Assembly (NCBI GenBank): GCA_965248575.1
Contig: CBDFJQ010000002.1
Location: forward strand, 1,984,001 to 2,048,000
Direction: 5' to 3'
Length of the DNA: 64,000 bases
From: Planctomycetota bacterium
GTDB taxonomy: Bacteria; Planctomycetota; B15-G4
Below the pieces are notes generated by a model, which saw only the letters and a list, made by a program, of their open reading frames with translations, had not been told where the DNA came from and ran no database searches. Every line of letters begins with the position of its first letter. Within the stretch, counting starts at the first letter, position 1. Both the position numbers and the translations under genes were made by a program. Shown in pieces: positions 53,346 through 62,516 of this stretch.

Positions 53346-56006
53346 ATGACACTCTACCAACCGACGGCCACAGCTCCTGACGATCCGTCGTCCGATTCGG
53401 CGACCGATTCGTCAGCTCGCACCCGCCCCCCATCGTGGCGACCCGTCGGCTGCATGCTGCTGGCAACAGCCGTCCTGCTCTGGCAGGAGTCTCGCGCCGT
53501 CGGGTCTTCCGAGACACTGACCTTCGCGCCCCTGCTGCAACGCTTCACCGTGCCCGCCCTGCTGGCAGGCCTGGGCCTGCTGGCGAACAGCCGCTGGGTC
53601 TGGTGGGCGCTGACCGTGGTCGCAGCCGCACTGTCCTTCATGCTCGTGGGGGATCGAGCCTTCCTCGAATACTTCCGCCAGCCGCTCAGCGCCGAAATGA
53701 CCGTAGCCGTGCGACAGCTGGCGGACGTGGGAGAGAGCACGGGCTCCCTGGTGGAGCCGCTCGACTGGCTCGCCCTCGCCGCAGTGACCCTGAGTTTCCT
53801 GGTCGCGGCAGGACGCCGTGTACCGGGCCCGGCGCGCGTCCTGGGCCTGGCGCTCGTCCTGGCTGCCAGTCTCCCGACCCGGTCTGCCCTGTCGTGGGCC
53901 CCAGCACCCAACGCCGTCACGGGCCACGGGCCGGTGACGGCCCAGGCCTCGCGCTTCGGGCTCACGCTGTTCCATCTGGCAGATGTGAGCGAGAGCCTGT
54001 CCCGACGCTGGTGGGCCGCCCCTCTGCCCAACTCGACACGACAAGACGTCCTCGCTCTCTTTGCTCGCCGCCACGAGCTCAACACCCAGAGCAGCCCGCT
54101 CTTCGGCATCGCGGCAGGGCGCAACGTCGTGCACGTCCAACTCGAGGCCTTCCAGCACTTCCTGCTGGGTTGGTCCGGCCCCGAGGGTGAGGTCACGCCG
54201 ACTCTCAATCGCCTCGCTGACGGCGGCCTGTCCTTCGAGCGCATGATGGACACCACACGCATGGGCCGCACCTCCTCCGCCGAGTTCCAGGTGTTGACCG
54301 GGATGCCCTCCCACGGGCGCGAGCTGGTGGCGTTCACCCACATGGGCAAGGAGTACGTCACCCTGCCCGGGCTGCTCGCCGAGCGTGGCTACAGCACCTG
54401 GTCCATGCACGCCTACAAACGCAGCTTCTGGAATCGGGCCGTGACCCACCCCACCTTCGGGATCCAGAAGATGCTGTTTGCCGATGCCTGGAAGCCGGGC
54501 CCCCAGGTGGGCTGGGGCTTGGGTGACAGTGAATTTCTCACGCAGTGCGTCGACGCCTTGGCCAAAGCGGAGGCCCCTTGCTTCGCCCACCTCGTCACCC
54601 TTTCGTGCCACCACCCCTTCCATGCCGTTCCCGAGCATGCTGCTCAGTGGAAGACGGGCGTGCCGGCGGATGTCGCCCCCATGCTGACGGGATACCTCCA
54701 GCTCGCCCACTACACGGACACTGCCGTCGAGGCGTTCATGCGTGGCATGCAGGAACGCGGCCTGGCCGAGAACACGCTGTTCGTCTTCTACGGTGACCAC
54801 GACGCCGGGCTCGATGAAGCGAGCCGACGCGCTGTGGAGGATGCAGGCGGGCCCGACCTCGACCACCCACGAGAAGACCGGGTGCCCTGCGTGATCGTGG
54901 TCCCTGGACAAGAGCAGGCGTTGCGCGCCCATGGCGCTGCCTTCATGAACCAGTTTGCTGGCCTGCATGACATCCCCGCCACCGTGTTGCACCTCTTGGG
55001 CATCACTCCCCCTCCGGGAATCCTGGGTACCCATGCCTTCGTCCCCGACGGCGCACGGGACGTGCTGCCCCTGCCGCTGGGGGATAGCGTCGTCTCACGG
55101 GGTCGCCTCCTCAGCGGCTGGGACCCGCCGACGAGATCAGCGCAGGAGCGCGCCGAGCGAGAGAGCGCACGCGCTCAAGCAGATGTCATCGACACCCTGA
55201 GTGACCTGGCTCTGGATCACGCGCTGCAAGCCGTTGCCGCTCGGCTCCCCGACGAGCAGCTGGCTCAACTCGCACAACGATCAACGAGCGTCGAGGGTGC
55301 ACTCGGCGGCACGCTTGCGGCGGCACCCGACGCGACACCGGACACAACAGGGACCCAGCGAGGTGAGACGCCGCTCTCCAACGGGGCTTGGCGTCGAACG
55401 CCCAGCGGCCCCGTGTCTCCGCTCCCGCGCCGACTCATCGACGCCCTGCCCCGTTCCCAGGAGACCCTCTTCGAGGTGCTTCTGGTGCTTCGAAACGAGT
55501 CAGACCAGGAGCAGCCGTGGGGCTACGAAGCGCTCGACGGCGAGGGCCAGGCCTTGAACCCGCAACACGGGCTGATCGCCTCCGGGCAGCTGCTGGAAGT
55601 GCAGCTTGCCCCCAAAGCCGGGGAGGCGCCGGGGACGCTCGGGTTCCTGGACGCAGCGCCAGAAGTGGTGGCCGATGTCCGCATCCGCCGGGCCAAAGGT
55701 GTCGTCTGGCGCGTGCCCCACAGCAGGACCCACGCCGCGATCCAAATCAGCGGGTCCGCCCGGGGCTTGGATCAACTCGCTCTTGTGCTGTGCAACCCAG
55801 GTCCGAGCAGCCGGCAGGTGGCGGTCACGGTTTCACAGGAGGGCCAGGCCGACCAAAGCTGGTCACAACGGATGGCACCGTGGGCGAAATCGCTGCGGCT
55901 TCTGGATGTCTCCCAGTCGAGTGGAGGCCTCTCGGTGACGGTCGAAGGCACCGGGGTCACGGCGGACCTGCTTGCCTGGGACGACGCCGGGACGACTCTG
56001 CGCTAG
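53346..56006 (+). CDS. LtaS-family phosphoglycerol transferase with C-terminal extension
   Basis: N-terminal TM helices; QLEAFQ, GRTSSAEF (catalytic Thr), HAYKRSFWNR, TLSCHHPF, YGDH. Confidence 0.88.
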   Translation: MTLYQPTATAPDDPSSDSATDSSARTRPPSWRPVGCMLLATAVLLWQESRAVGSSETLTFAPLLQRFTVPALLAGLGLLANSRWVWWALTVVAAALSFMLVGDRAFLEYFRQPLSAEMTVAVRQLADVGESTGSLVEPLDWLALAAVTLSFLVAAGRRVPGPARVLGLALVLAASLPTRSALSWAPAPNAVTGHGPVTAQASRFGLTLFHLADVSESLSRRWWAAPLPNSTRQDVLALFARRHELNTQSSPLFGIAAGRNVVHVQLEAFQHFLLGWSGPEGEVTPTLNRLADGGLSFERMMDTTRMGRTSSAEFQVLTGMPSHGRELVAFTHMGKEYVTLPGLLAERGYSTWSMHAYKRSFWNRAVTHPTFGIQKMLFADAWKPGPQVGWGLGDSEFLTQCVDALAKAEAPCFAHLVTLSCHHPFHAVPEHAAQWKTGVPADVAPMLTGYLQLAHYTDTAVEAFMRGMQERGLAENTLFVFYGDHDAGLDEASRRAVEDAGGPDLDHPREDRVPCVIVVPGQEQALRAHGAAFMNQFAGLHDIPATVLHLLGITPPPGILGTHAFVPDGARDVLPLPLGDSVVSRGRLLSGWDPPTRSAQERAERESARAQADVIDTLSDLALDHALQAVAARLPDEQLAQLAQRSTSVEGALGGTLAAAPDATPDTTGTQRGETPLSNGAWRRTPSGPVSPLPRRLIDALPRSQETLFEVLLVLRNESDQEQPWGYEALDGEGQALNPQHGLIASGQLLEVQLAPKAGEAPGTLGFLDAAPEVVADVRIRRAKGVVWRVPHSRTHAAIQISGSARGLDQLALVLCNPGPSSRQVAVTVSQEGQADQSWSQRMAPWAKSLRLLDVSQSSGGLSVTVEGTGVTADLLAWDDAGTTLR

Positions 56007-56012
56007 GTCCCC

Positions 56013-56681
56013 CTACTGTCCGCCTGGAACTGGCTCCTGCGCAGCCCGCCGTCGCTTCCCGCGGGTCTTCTCGATGGGAGCCAAGGCCCACGTCATGGCG
56101 CACAGCGTTCCCTTGCCTCCCTTGCGTCGCGGCTTGCGCAGGATGGCCAACACTTCTTTCATGTGCTGGTTGATGTTCTCCAGTTCATCCGGTTCGAGAC
56201 ATGCCTCGAGCCGCAGGGACCACAGGTTGCGCGCAGGTCCACTCACCTCGGCTGCTGGGTCCTCGAGGCCGGACTCGAAGTCGCGCTCGGCCTGCCGCAA
56301 GAGACTGGCCGTCAGTCGACGAACCGCACGGGTGTTGTCAGGGTCCGCGGGTTCATAACGAATGTGCCAATTTCGCTTCACCACATCGTAGAGGGTCTCG
56401 TCACGGCGCCGTGTTTCCTGCTCCCCTTTGGCGACGAGCACCCCGGCCTTCACCAACATCTTGACGTGGTAGTAGAGCGAGTCCGGAGCCACTCGCAGTG
56501 ACTCTGCCAACTCGCGCACGGAGCTCGGCCCCAGGGCCTCGAGCCGGTCTACGAGATTCTGCCGAACGGGGGAAACCAACGCCTCGATGACGGCCGGGTC
56601 CCGGATCCAATGAATGCGGTCTGGCTGCTTGGCACTCGGGCTCTGCTTGCGACCTACTGCCTTCTTCGTGGGGGGAGTCAT
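56013..56681 (-). CDS. ArsR-like winged-helix transcription regulator
   Basis: ALVSPVRQNLV, SVRELAESL, SLYYHVKMLVKAGVL. Start MTPPTK preferred because the upstream ATG lies inside a palindrome. Confidence 0.85.
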   Translation of the reverse strand: MTPPTKKAVGRKQSPSAKQPDRIHWIRDPAVIEALVSPVRQNLVDRLEALGPSSVRELAESLRVAPDSLYYHVKMLVKAGVLVAKGEQETRRRDETLYDVVKRNWHIRYEPADPDNTRAVRRLTASLLRQAERDFESGLEDPAAEVSGPARNLWSLRLEACLEPDELENINQHMKEVLAILRKPRRKGGKGTLCAMTWALAPIEKTRGKRRRAAQEPVPGGQ

Positions 56682-56690
56682 GCTCTCGAG

Positions 56691-56718
56691 TATTGAATAA
56701 ATCATGATTTCTTCAATA
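56691..56718. promoter_or_regulatory. 28-bp AT-rich palindrome, probable autoregulatory operator
   Basis: TATTGAAtAAATCATGATTTcTTCAATA, with one mismatched pair. Confidence 0.75.
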
Positions 56719-56774
56719 GAAAGGGCGCCTCAAAGCGCAGGTGCCACGCTTTCAACTTACTCGTGTCGAGCACC

Positions 56775-58514
56775 TCAGTCGTCCAGGGCTTCACCCGCAA
56801 CGAGCCAGACGCGGCCCTGTTTCGCAAACTGCACATGACTCCAGGCAGAGGTGAACAGGTAGTCGTGATGACCATCCCCGTCCACATCTCCCAGGCCGAC
56901 GGAGTCGAAGCCCAGGGTGTCGCCGGACTGCAGGCTGGTCCAGGTGTCGAGCAGGGCACCGTCGGCACCGGAGTGCAGGTAGCACTTGCCTGCCGAGGCC
57001 CCGCCTTCGGTGTTCTGCCAAGCTCCCACCACCAGGTCGGCCACACCGTCGCCGTTCACATCACCGCACTCCGACGAACTGGTGCCGAAACCTTCGCCAG
57101 CCACATGGCCCTCCACCATCAGCAAGCGCTCGCCCGTCGCCCCTGAGTGCATGTAGACCCGCCCTGTGGAGGCACCCTTCGCGGCGTGGTTCCAATCGGA
57201 GGCATACACATCGGGCACGCCGTCGTCGTTCATGTCCCCCAGGAAGGTGACGAAGTACTGCCCGAGATTGCTGCCCCGGGCCTCGGCGTCCATGCGAAAG
57301 GCGAGCTCAGCGCCGTCCTTGGTGCAGCGGTAGACGTAGACCACGCCTTTGCCCGCCGCTCCACCAGAAGGTGCGCCAACGGCGAGCAAGTGGTGCCCAC
57401 CTTCACGGCTCGCATCGATGGCTCCGCCCAACTTCTCCCCGGCGACGCCAGGAATGTCGAAGAGCTCCTTACCGGTCGCTCCGCTGAAGACCACAACGCG
57501 CCCGGAGCTCGCGCCGTACTTGGAGGAGGTCCACGCTCCCACGGCGACTTCGGCGTGACCATCGCCGTCGAGGTCTTCCATCCCGCACATCTTGACGCCG
57601 AACTGGTCGCCGGCTTCGCCCCCACTCAGGGTGTGCAAGGCCTCACCTGTGGCGCCCGAATAGACGAGCGCAACACCTACGGCCGCTGGGCCCACACCCG
57701 GCCCGCCGGACAGGATGTCGGGCACTCCGTCGGCGTCCACATCCACACGACCTGCCACCGAGTTGCCCAGGCTCCAACCCGGCTGGCCGGTGAAGACATG
57801 CAGGATCTCGCCCGTCCGGCTGCTGTAGGCATAGACGCGCCCCTCCGGCGGCCCGCCTGTGCTGAAGGTCGGCGCGCTGGTCGCAAAATCCATGGCGCCG
57901 TCGCCATCCAGGTCGCCCACGGCCCGGGCAACCCAACCAAACTGATCGCCGGCCGCCTCACCCTGGAAGCTGTGCAGGATGCGGCTGCCCTCCTTGAAGG
58001 CCGCGCTTCCTTCCAGGAGCGGCGGCAGCAGCGTGGCGAAGCGGCCGTCCGAACGGAGCGCCTTCAGGTCGTTGTCCGTCGCGAGCTGTTGGCGATCCCC
58101 GTAGCCCGCAGCCACGGCGTTCTGCAGCCAAGTGATGCCCTGCTCGACGTTGCCCAGCAGAGCGTGGGCACAGGCCGCGTTGTAGCCAGCCGCCGAGGCA
58201 AAGCGCGGAAAGCTGGCAGCCTTCTCATGCGCCACGACGGCTTCCTCCAGCTTGCCCTCACCGTGCAACGCATAGCCCAGCAGGAACCATGAGGGCGCGT
58301 CGCTGGCATTCGCCCCGGTCCGCGCCCGGAACACCTCCGCCGCGCCCGCGTAGTCGGCGGCCTGGATAAGGGCTTGCCCTGCTGCGAGAGTGGGCAAGCT
58401 GCCGCCACTGGCCTGAGCAAGCAACGCGCTGCCCGAGAGCAGAAGGCCCAGAGAGCTCACCAGCACACAAGCGGTCCGCTTGGCTCGATTCATCACGGCA
58501 TGTCTCTCCATCAT
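56775..58514 (-). CDS. TPR plus FG-GAP (integrin-alpha-like) repeat protein
   Basis: YNAACAHAL TPR; repeated GDQFG, GDLDGDG, GDMNDDGVPD, GDVNGDGVADLVVGA. Confidence 0.88.
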   Translation of the reverse strand: MMERHAVMNRAKRTACVLVSSLGLLLSGSALLAQASGGSLPTLAAGQALIQAADYAGAAEVFRARTGANASDAPSWFLLGYALHGEGKLEEAVVAHEKAASFPRFASAAGYNAACAHALLGNVEQGITWLQNAVAAGYGDRQQLATDNDLKALRSDGRFATLLPPLLEGSAAFKEGSRILHSFQGEAAGDQFGWVARAVGDLDGDGAMDFATSAPTFSTGGPPEGRVYAYSSRTGEILHVFTGQPGWSLGNSVAGRVDVDADGVPDILSGGPGVGPAAVGVALVYSGATGEALHTLSGGEAGDQFGVKMCGMEDLDGDGHAEVAVGAWTSSKYGASSGRVVVFSGATGKELFDIPGVAGEKLGGAIDASREGGHHLLAVGAPSGGAAGKGVVYVYRCTKDGAELAFRMDAEARGSNLGQYFVTFLGDMNDDGVPDVYASDWNHAAKGASTGRVYMHSGATGERLLMVEGHVAGEGFGTSSSECGDVNGDGVADLVVGAWQNTEGGASAGKCYLHSGADGALLDTWTSLQSGDTLGFDSVGLGDVDGDGHHDYLFTSAWSHVQFAKQGRVWLVAGEALDD

Positions 58515-58690
58515 TCGGGGCGGGTACGGCGGGTTGGATACTCGGCGTCGCGCGGGCGCGACGGACGCTCATGAGACACAGCCCCTGACACCCAAAGCGT
58601 CCTCCGCCCCAAGGTGTCACCGAAGGACTAGGCTATGCGGACCAAGGACACCCCTGCTTCATATTCCTGAGCCCAATCGGAGTCTGCGAC

Positions 58691-59044
58691 ATGCCCCACC
58701 GCATTGTCTGGGTCGACATCCCCGCCCGGGATCTCTCACGTGCGATGACCTTCTACTCCAAGGTGCTCGAGATCGAGATCGAAGAAGCCCACCCCGGCGT
58801 CGCTGTCCTGTCCCACACGGACTCCGACGTGGCCGGTTGTCTGTTCGTGGACCCGAAGGTGGAACCCTCGACCCATGGACCGCTCATCTATCTGAATGCC
58901 CAGGGCCGCCTTGAAGAGGCGACGCAGACGGCCGTCGAGTACGGCGGAAAGGTCCTTGAGCCGCCCCACGCGATCGGGCCTTGGGGCAGTCGCTCCGTGG
59001 TCCTGGACAGCGAAGGCAACCGCATCGCCTTGCACTCGGCGTGA
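58691..59044 (+). CDS. VOC (glyoxalase/bleomycin resistance) family protein
   Basis: IVWVDIPARDLSRAMTFYSKVL ... GGKVL ... DSEGNRIALHS. Confidence 0.92.
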   Translation: MPHRIVWVDIPARDLSRAMTFYSKVLEIEIEEAHPGVAVLSHTDSDVAGCLFVDPKVEPSTHGPLIYLNAQGRLEEATQTAVEYGGKVLEPPHAIGPWGSRSVVLDSEGNRIALHSA

Positions 59045-59075
59045 ACGAGGGCTCCTTTTCAGCCTTCCCGCGCCC

Positions 59076-61163
59076 CTAGGGCGATGTGCCCTTCATGGCA
59101 TTGGACAAGACCAGGCCGTGGATGGACGACGCGTCTTGCACGATGGCCTGCCAGTAGGTCTCGGTCCCCGCAGGAACGCCCGCTGGCCAGGGCGTGGAAG
59201 CCGTGAACATGCCGCCTGCATCCGTCACTGCGAGCACTTGCGTCGCAAACGGGAACGCATACACCTCCCCCCCCAGAGCGTTGAAGGGCGTCGAGCTGAA
59301 CGAAAGCCACGTGAGGAAGAAGGCATTGGGTGCCGCCCCTAGCAGCCGGTAGGTCACGGGCGCCGCCGGGTAGTTCCCTGAGAGAGTCAGGGAGGGCACT
59401 CCCGCAACACCCTCTGTGCCACACCCGAGGTTCTCCCAAAGAGCTGCACCGCTGCTCGTCTGCAGATACGACACCGTCGACGACACACCCAGGTTGCCGT
59501 TCCCGTCGGTTGCCTCCACGCGGTAGCTCAGCATGCCGGAGAGCTCGCCGGGGATGACCCCGCGAAACTGTTGGCCGCCCTGACTGGCCATGACGACGCA
59601 GGTCTCGGGCCCACTGCCCACACTGTAGATCAAGTTCACCCGGTCGAAGGCGATGATGTAGTAGGGGTCGTTGTCGCGCACGGCAGCATGGATGACGGTG
59701 TCGGTGCCATCGGCTTTGTCCGCCTGTTGCGTGAACATCGCGAAGGTCGGCGCGTGGGTGTCTGGCTCACCCAGCACGTTCTCCCAGTAGCGGTTGTTCT
59801 GGTTGCCGTCGTTCACCAGCAGGAGGTCCGTGTCCCCATCGCCGTCCAGGTCGGCACACTCCCCGTCCAAGGTGGTGCCTCCATTGCCAGAGGAGGGAGT
59901 CTCCAAGGCGGGTGCCAGACCCGTCCCGGTGCGATGGAAGAGCCCCTCGTGCAGGGCAATCCCGTCCACCAAGCTGGATTGATAGATGCGATTGGTCCCG
60001 GAGAAGATCGCCTCAAAGGCGTCGAGATCTCCATCCCCGTCGTAGTCGAAGAAGTCCAGCTCGTTGGTGTCCACGTTGGGGTCGCCCTTGATCCAGTGCT
60101 GCTGGATGGAGAACTCTCCACCCTCGTTGACCAACAGGCGATCCGTGAAGCCAGCGTAGTCCGTCATCCAGACATCGAAGTCGCCATCGCCGTCGACGTC
60201 CGCAAACTCGGACTCGTAGTTGCTGGTGCCCGACAGGGTCGCGCCGGTGGCGATCAAGGCCGTCTGCGTGATGTCCGTGAAGGGGTCCGTGGCCCAGGCC
60301 GCATCGACCAGGTTGTTGCGGTAGACCCGCGCCTGGGAGTCCCGACTGCTCGCCATGACATCCAAGTCGAAGTCCCCGTCGAAGTCCGCGAGGTCGATGT
60401 CCAGGGTGTGCAGCTGGATGTCAGCCGTGGCGTTGGCCCAGGGCCACAACTCATCGAAACGCCCCGTGCCATCGTTGAGGAAGATGCGCGATTCCCAGGA
60501 CCCGCTGATGTTCGGTCCGTAGGTGCTGTGGAAAAGATCCAGATCCCCGTCATCGTCCAGGTCACCGAAGTCGCAGTCGCAACTGAAGTCCCGGAAGGGG
60601 CCTTCGCCGTCCTGCACACCGGCTTCTTGGGTGAGGGGCACATCGACGAGCGTGCCCCAGAAGGCGTCGGTGTCATCAGAGTAGAACCCGATGGCGCCCT
60701 GCTGCTGACCGCCCTGGTTCCGATAGGCGCGGTTGACCTCACCCGCGTTGACGGTGGTACCGCGGTTGGCCACGAAGACGTCGAGGTCGGCGTCGCCGTC
60801 CCAATCCACGAACTCGATGTCGCGGCTGGTGTCGTTGGGGACCCCAGCGAAGCGCGGCGCGGAGCGATCCACGAAGTCACCTTCGACACCACCCTGGATG
60901 CCGCCTTGGTTCAGGAAGAAGGCGTTGGCCTGGGCGGAACCATCGCCGCCGTTGGCGACGATCACATCGAGGTCGCCGTCGAAGTCAGCGTCGCCCACAT
61001 CGATGTTCTCCGAGCGACCGGCACCGAACGCCACCTCGGCTGTGGGGAAGTTCCGCCCCAGCTGCAGGTCCTCCAGCTGGGCTCTGGCCCCTTGAGCGGC
61101 CCCGGGCCCCAACAACCATCCAGCGGCGATCACGGTCCCAAACAACAGCCGATGCATATGCAT
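59076..61163 (-). CDS. Secreted FG-GAP/VCBS repeat protein with conserved C-terminal domain
   Basis: Signal peptide; seven DxDxDGDxD-type repeats. Confidence 0.88.
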   Translation of the reverse strand: MHMHRLLFGTVIAAGWLLGPGAAQGARAQLEDLQLGRNFPTAEVAFGAGRSENIDVGDADFDGDLDVIVANGGDGSAQANAFFLNQGGIQGGVEGDFVDRSAPRFAGVPNDTSRDIEFVDWDGDADLDVFVANRGTTVNAGEVNRAYRNQGGQQQGAIGFYSDDTDAFWGTLVDVPLTQEAGVQDGEGPFRDFSCDCDFGDLDDDGDLDLFHSTYGPNISGSWESRIFLNDGTGRFDELWPWANATADIQLHTLDIDLADFDGDFDLDVMASSRDSQARVYRNNLVDAAWATDPFTDITQTALIATGATLSGTSNYESEFADVDGDGDFDVWMTDYAGFTDRLLVNEGGEFSIQQHWIKGDPNVDTNELDFFDYDGDGDLDAFEAIFSGTNRIYQSSLVDGIALHEGLFHRTGTGLAPALETPSSGNGGTTLDGECADLDGDGDTDLLLVNDGNQNNRYWENVLGEPDTHAPTFAMFTQQADKADGTDTVIHAAVRDNDPYYIIAFDRVNLIYSVGSGPETCVVMASQGGQQFRGVIPGELSGMLSYRVEATDGNGNLGVSSTVSYLQTSSGAALWENLGCGTEGVAGVPSLTLSGNYPAAPVTYRLLGAAPNAFFLTWLSFSSTPFNALGGEVYAFPFATQVLAVTDAGGMFTASTPWPAGVPAGTETYWQAIVQDASSIHGLVLSNAMKGTSP

Positions 61164-61328
61164 GAAGACGCTCTCAATTCCCGACGGATCGACGCCCCAA
61201 AGGGGTTGTTTCTCGCCCTTTTCTAGAACGAAACCGGTCTAGGGCACCCACGGTACATGCATCCCCGAGCGAACGGGTGATCAATCAGAGGGGGCCCTCA
61301 ACGCGCCGACACAGGCTCGCCGTGCAAT

Positions 61329-61347
61329 TACTTTGCACTACAAAGTA
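61329..61347. promoter_or_regulatory. Inverted repeat, probable operator
   Basis: TACTTTG-cacta-CAAAGTA upstream of the membrane protein/wHTH operon. Confidence 0.72.
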
Positions 61348-61417
61348 CTATGCAAGACGAACAAAGGGTGCCAGCCGGACCCTTCCCGCCCCACCGAACC
61401 AGCAGGAGCAGCCTCAG

Positions 61418-62074
61418 ATGCCCCAGCCAGCGAATCAGGCTTCCGCAGCACTCGAACAAGAACTGGAGACACAGGAGGAGCGCGCCTTCCGCTCCCGCTT
61501 CGATGACGGCGTCGGCGACCTGCTCATCGGCTTCGTCATCTTGATCATGGGCGCGAGCGTCGGGACCGAATGGGGCGGACTCATGGGCGTCTGGGGAGCC
61601 CTGGTGGTCCCGCTCTGGGTGCCCCTGCACCGTGCCGTGAGCAACCCTCGGTTGGGCCATGTGGAGTTTGGTCCCGGCCGTCGCGCCAAGGTTCGAAAGA
61701 AGAAGATCTGGCTGAGCCTGGGTCTGGGCGTCACCTTCCTGGGTGGCATCGCCGTCTTCATGCTCTCAACGGACGACCCAGCCGCCGCCGCAGACAACGC
61801 GAGCCGGCCATGGGCCGGGCTGCCTTTCCTCGGGGCCCTGGCCCTGCTGCTCACCGTGGTGGGCGCACTGATCCAGACCAACCGTGCCTATCTCTATGCG
61901 GGCTTGCTGATGGGCTTCGGCTTCACGACACGAGAGGCGACCGGTATCGATCCGCTGGGCCTCGCGCTGCTGCTCTCCGGCGCCTGCATCACGCTCTCGG
62001 GGCTCAGCCTGCTCGTGCGTTTCCTGCGCGCCCACCCACGCCTCGAAGACCCTGAGCTCAACGGGCATGCCTGA
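61418..62074 (+). CDS. Hypothetical 6-TM membrane protein
   Basis: Start MPQPAN with AGGAG RBS; FDDGVGDLLIG, PRLGHVEF. Confidence 0.78.
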   Translation: MPQPANQASAALEQELETQEERAFRSRFDDGVGDLLIGFVILIMGASVGTEWGGLMGVWGALVVPLWVPLHRAVSNPRLGHVEFGPGRRAKVRKKKIWLSLGLGVTFLGGIAVFMLSTDDPAAAADNASRPWAGLPFLGALALLLTVVGALIQTNRAYLYAGLLMGFGFTTREATGIDPLGLALLLSGACITLSGLSLLVRFLRAHPRLEDPELNGHA

Positions 62075-62390
62075 CGAGACAAAGCCCGTGGACGGCTTCG
62101 CCAACATCGACAAGCTGGTGCACGAACCCGCGCGCCTGAGCGTGCTCGCCACCCTCTCGTACGTTGAGCGCGCCGACGCCACCTTCCTTCAAAAACAGAC
62201 AGGGCTGACCTGGGGCAACTTGTCCTCGCATGTGAGCAAGCTCGAGGCAGCGGGCTACCTGGCCCTCGAGAAGAGCTTCGTGGACCGCAAGCCGAGGACG
62301 ATGCTGCGGCTCACTCCGCTCGGGCGAGAGGCGTTCCAGGACTACCGGAAGCGAATGCTGGACGCCTTGAACGGTCTGCCGCCTGCCTAG
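62067..62390 (+). CDS. Winged-helix transcription regulator (HTH_34/MarR-like)
   Basis: IDKLVHEPARL, GLTWGNLSSHVSKLEAAGY, KSFVDRKPRT, LTPLGREAF. Confidence 0.92.
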   Translation: MPDETKPVDGFANIDKLVHEPARLSVLATLSYVERADATFLQKQTGLTWGNLSSHVSKLEAAGYLALEKSFVDRKPRTMLRLTPLGREAFQDYRKRMLDALNGLPPA

Positions 62391-62516
62391 CTGGCTAGCC
62401 CCGATCGTCGTCCGGAGTCTTCGGGGCTGCCACCAGGGCCGGCCATCGACCCGCGAGAACGGGTCGACACCGAGCCGATCCTTGGTCGGCACCGACACTC
62501 GGGGCAGGATGGCGGT

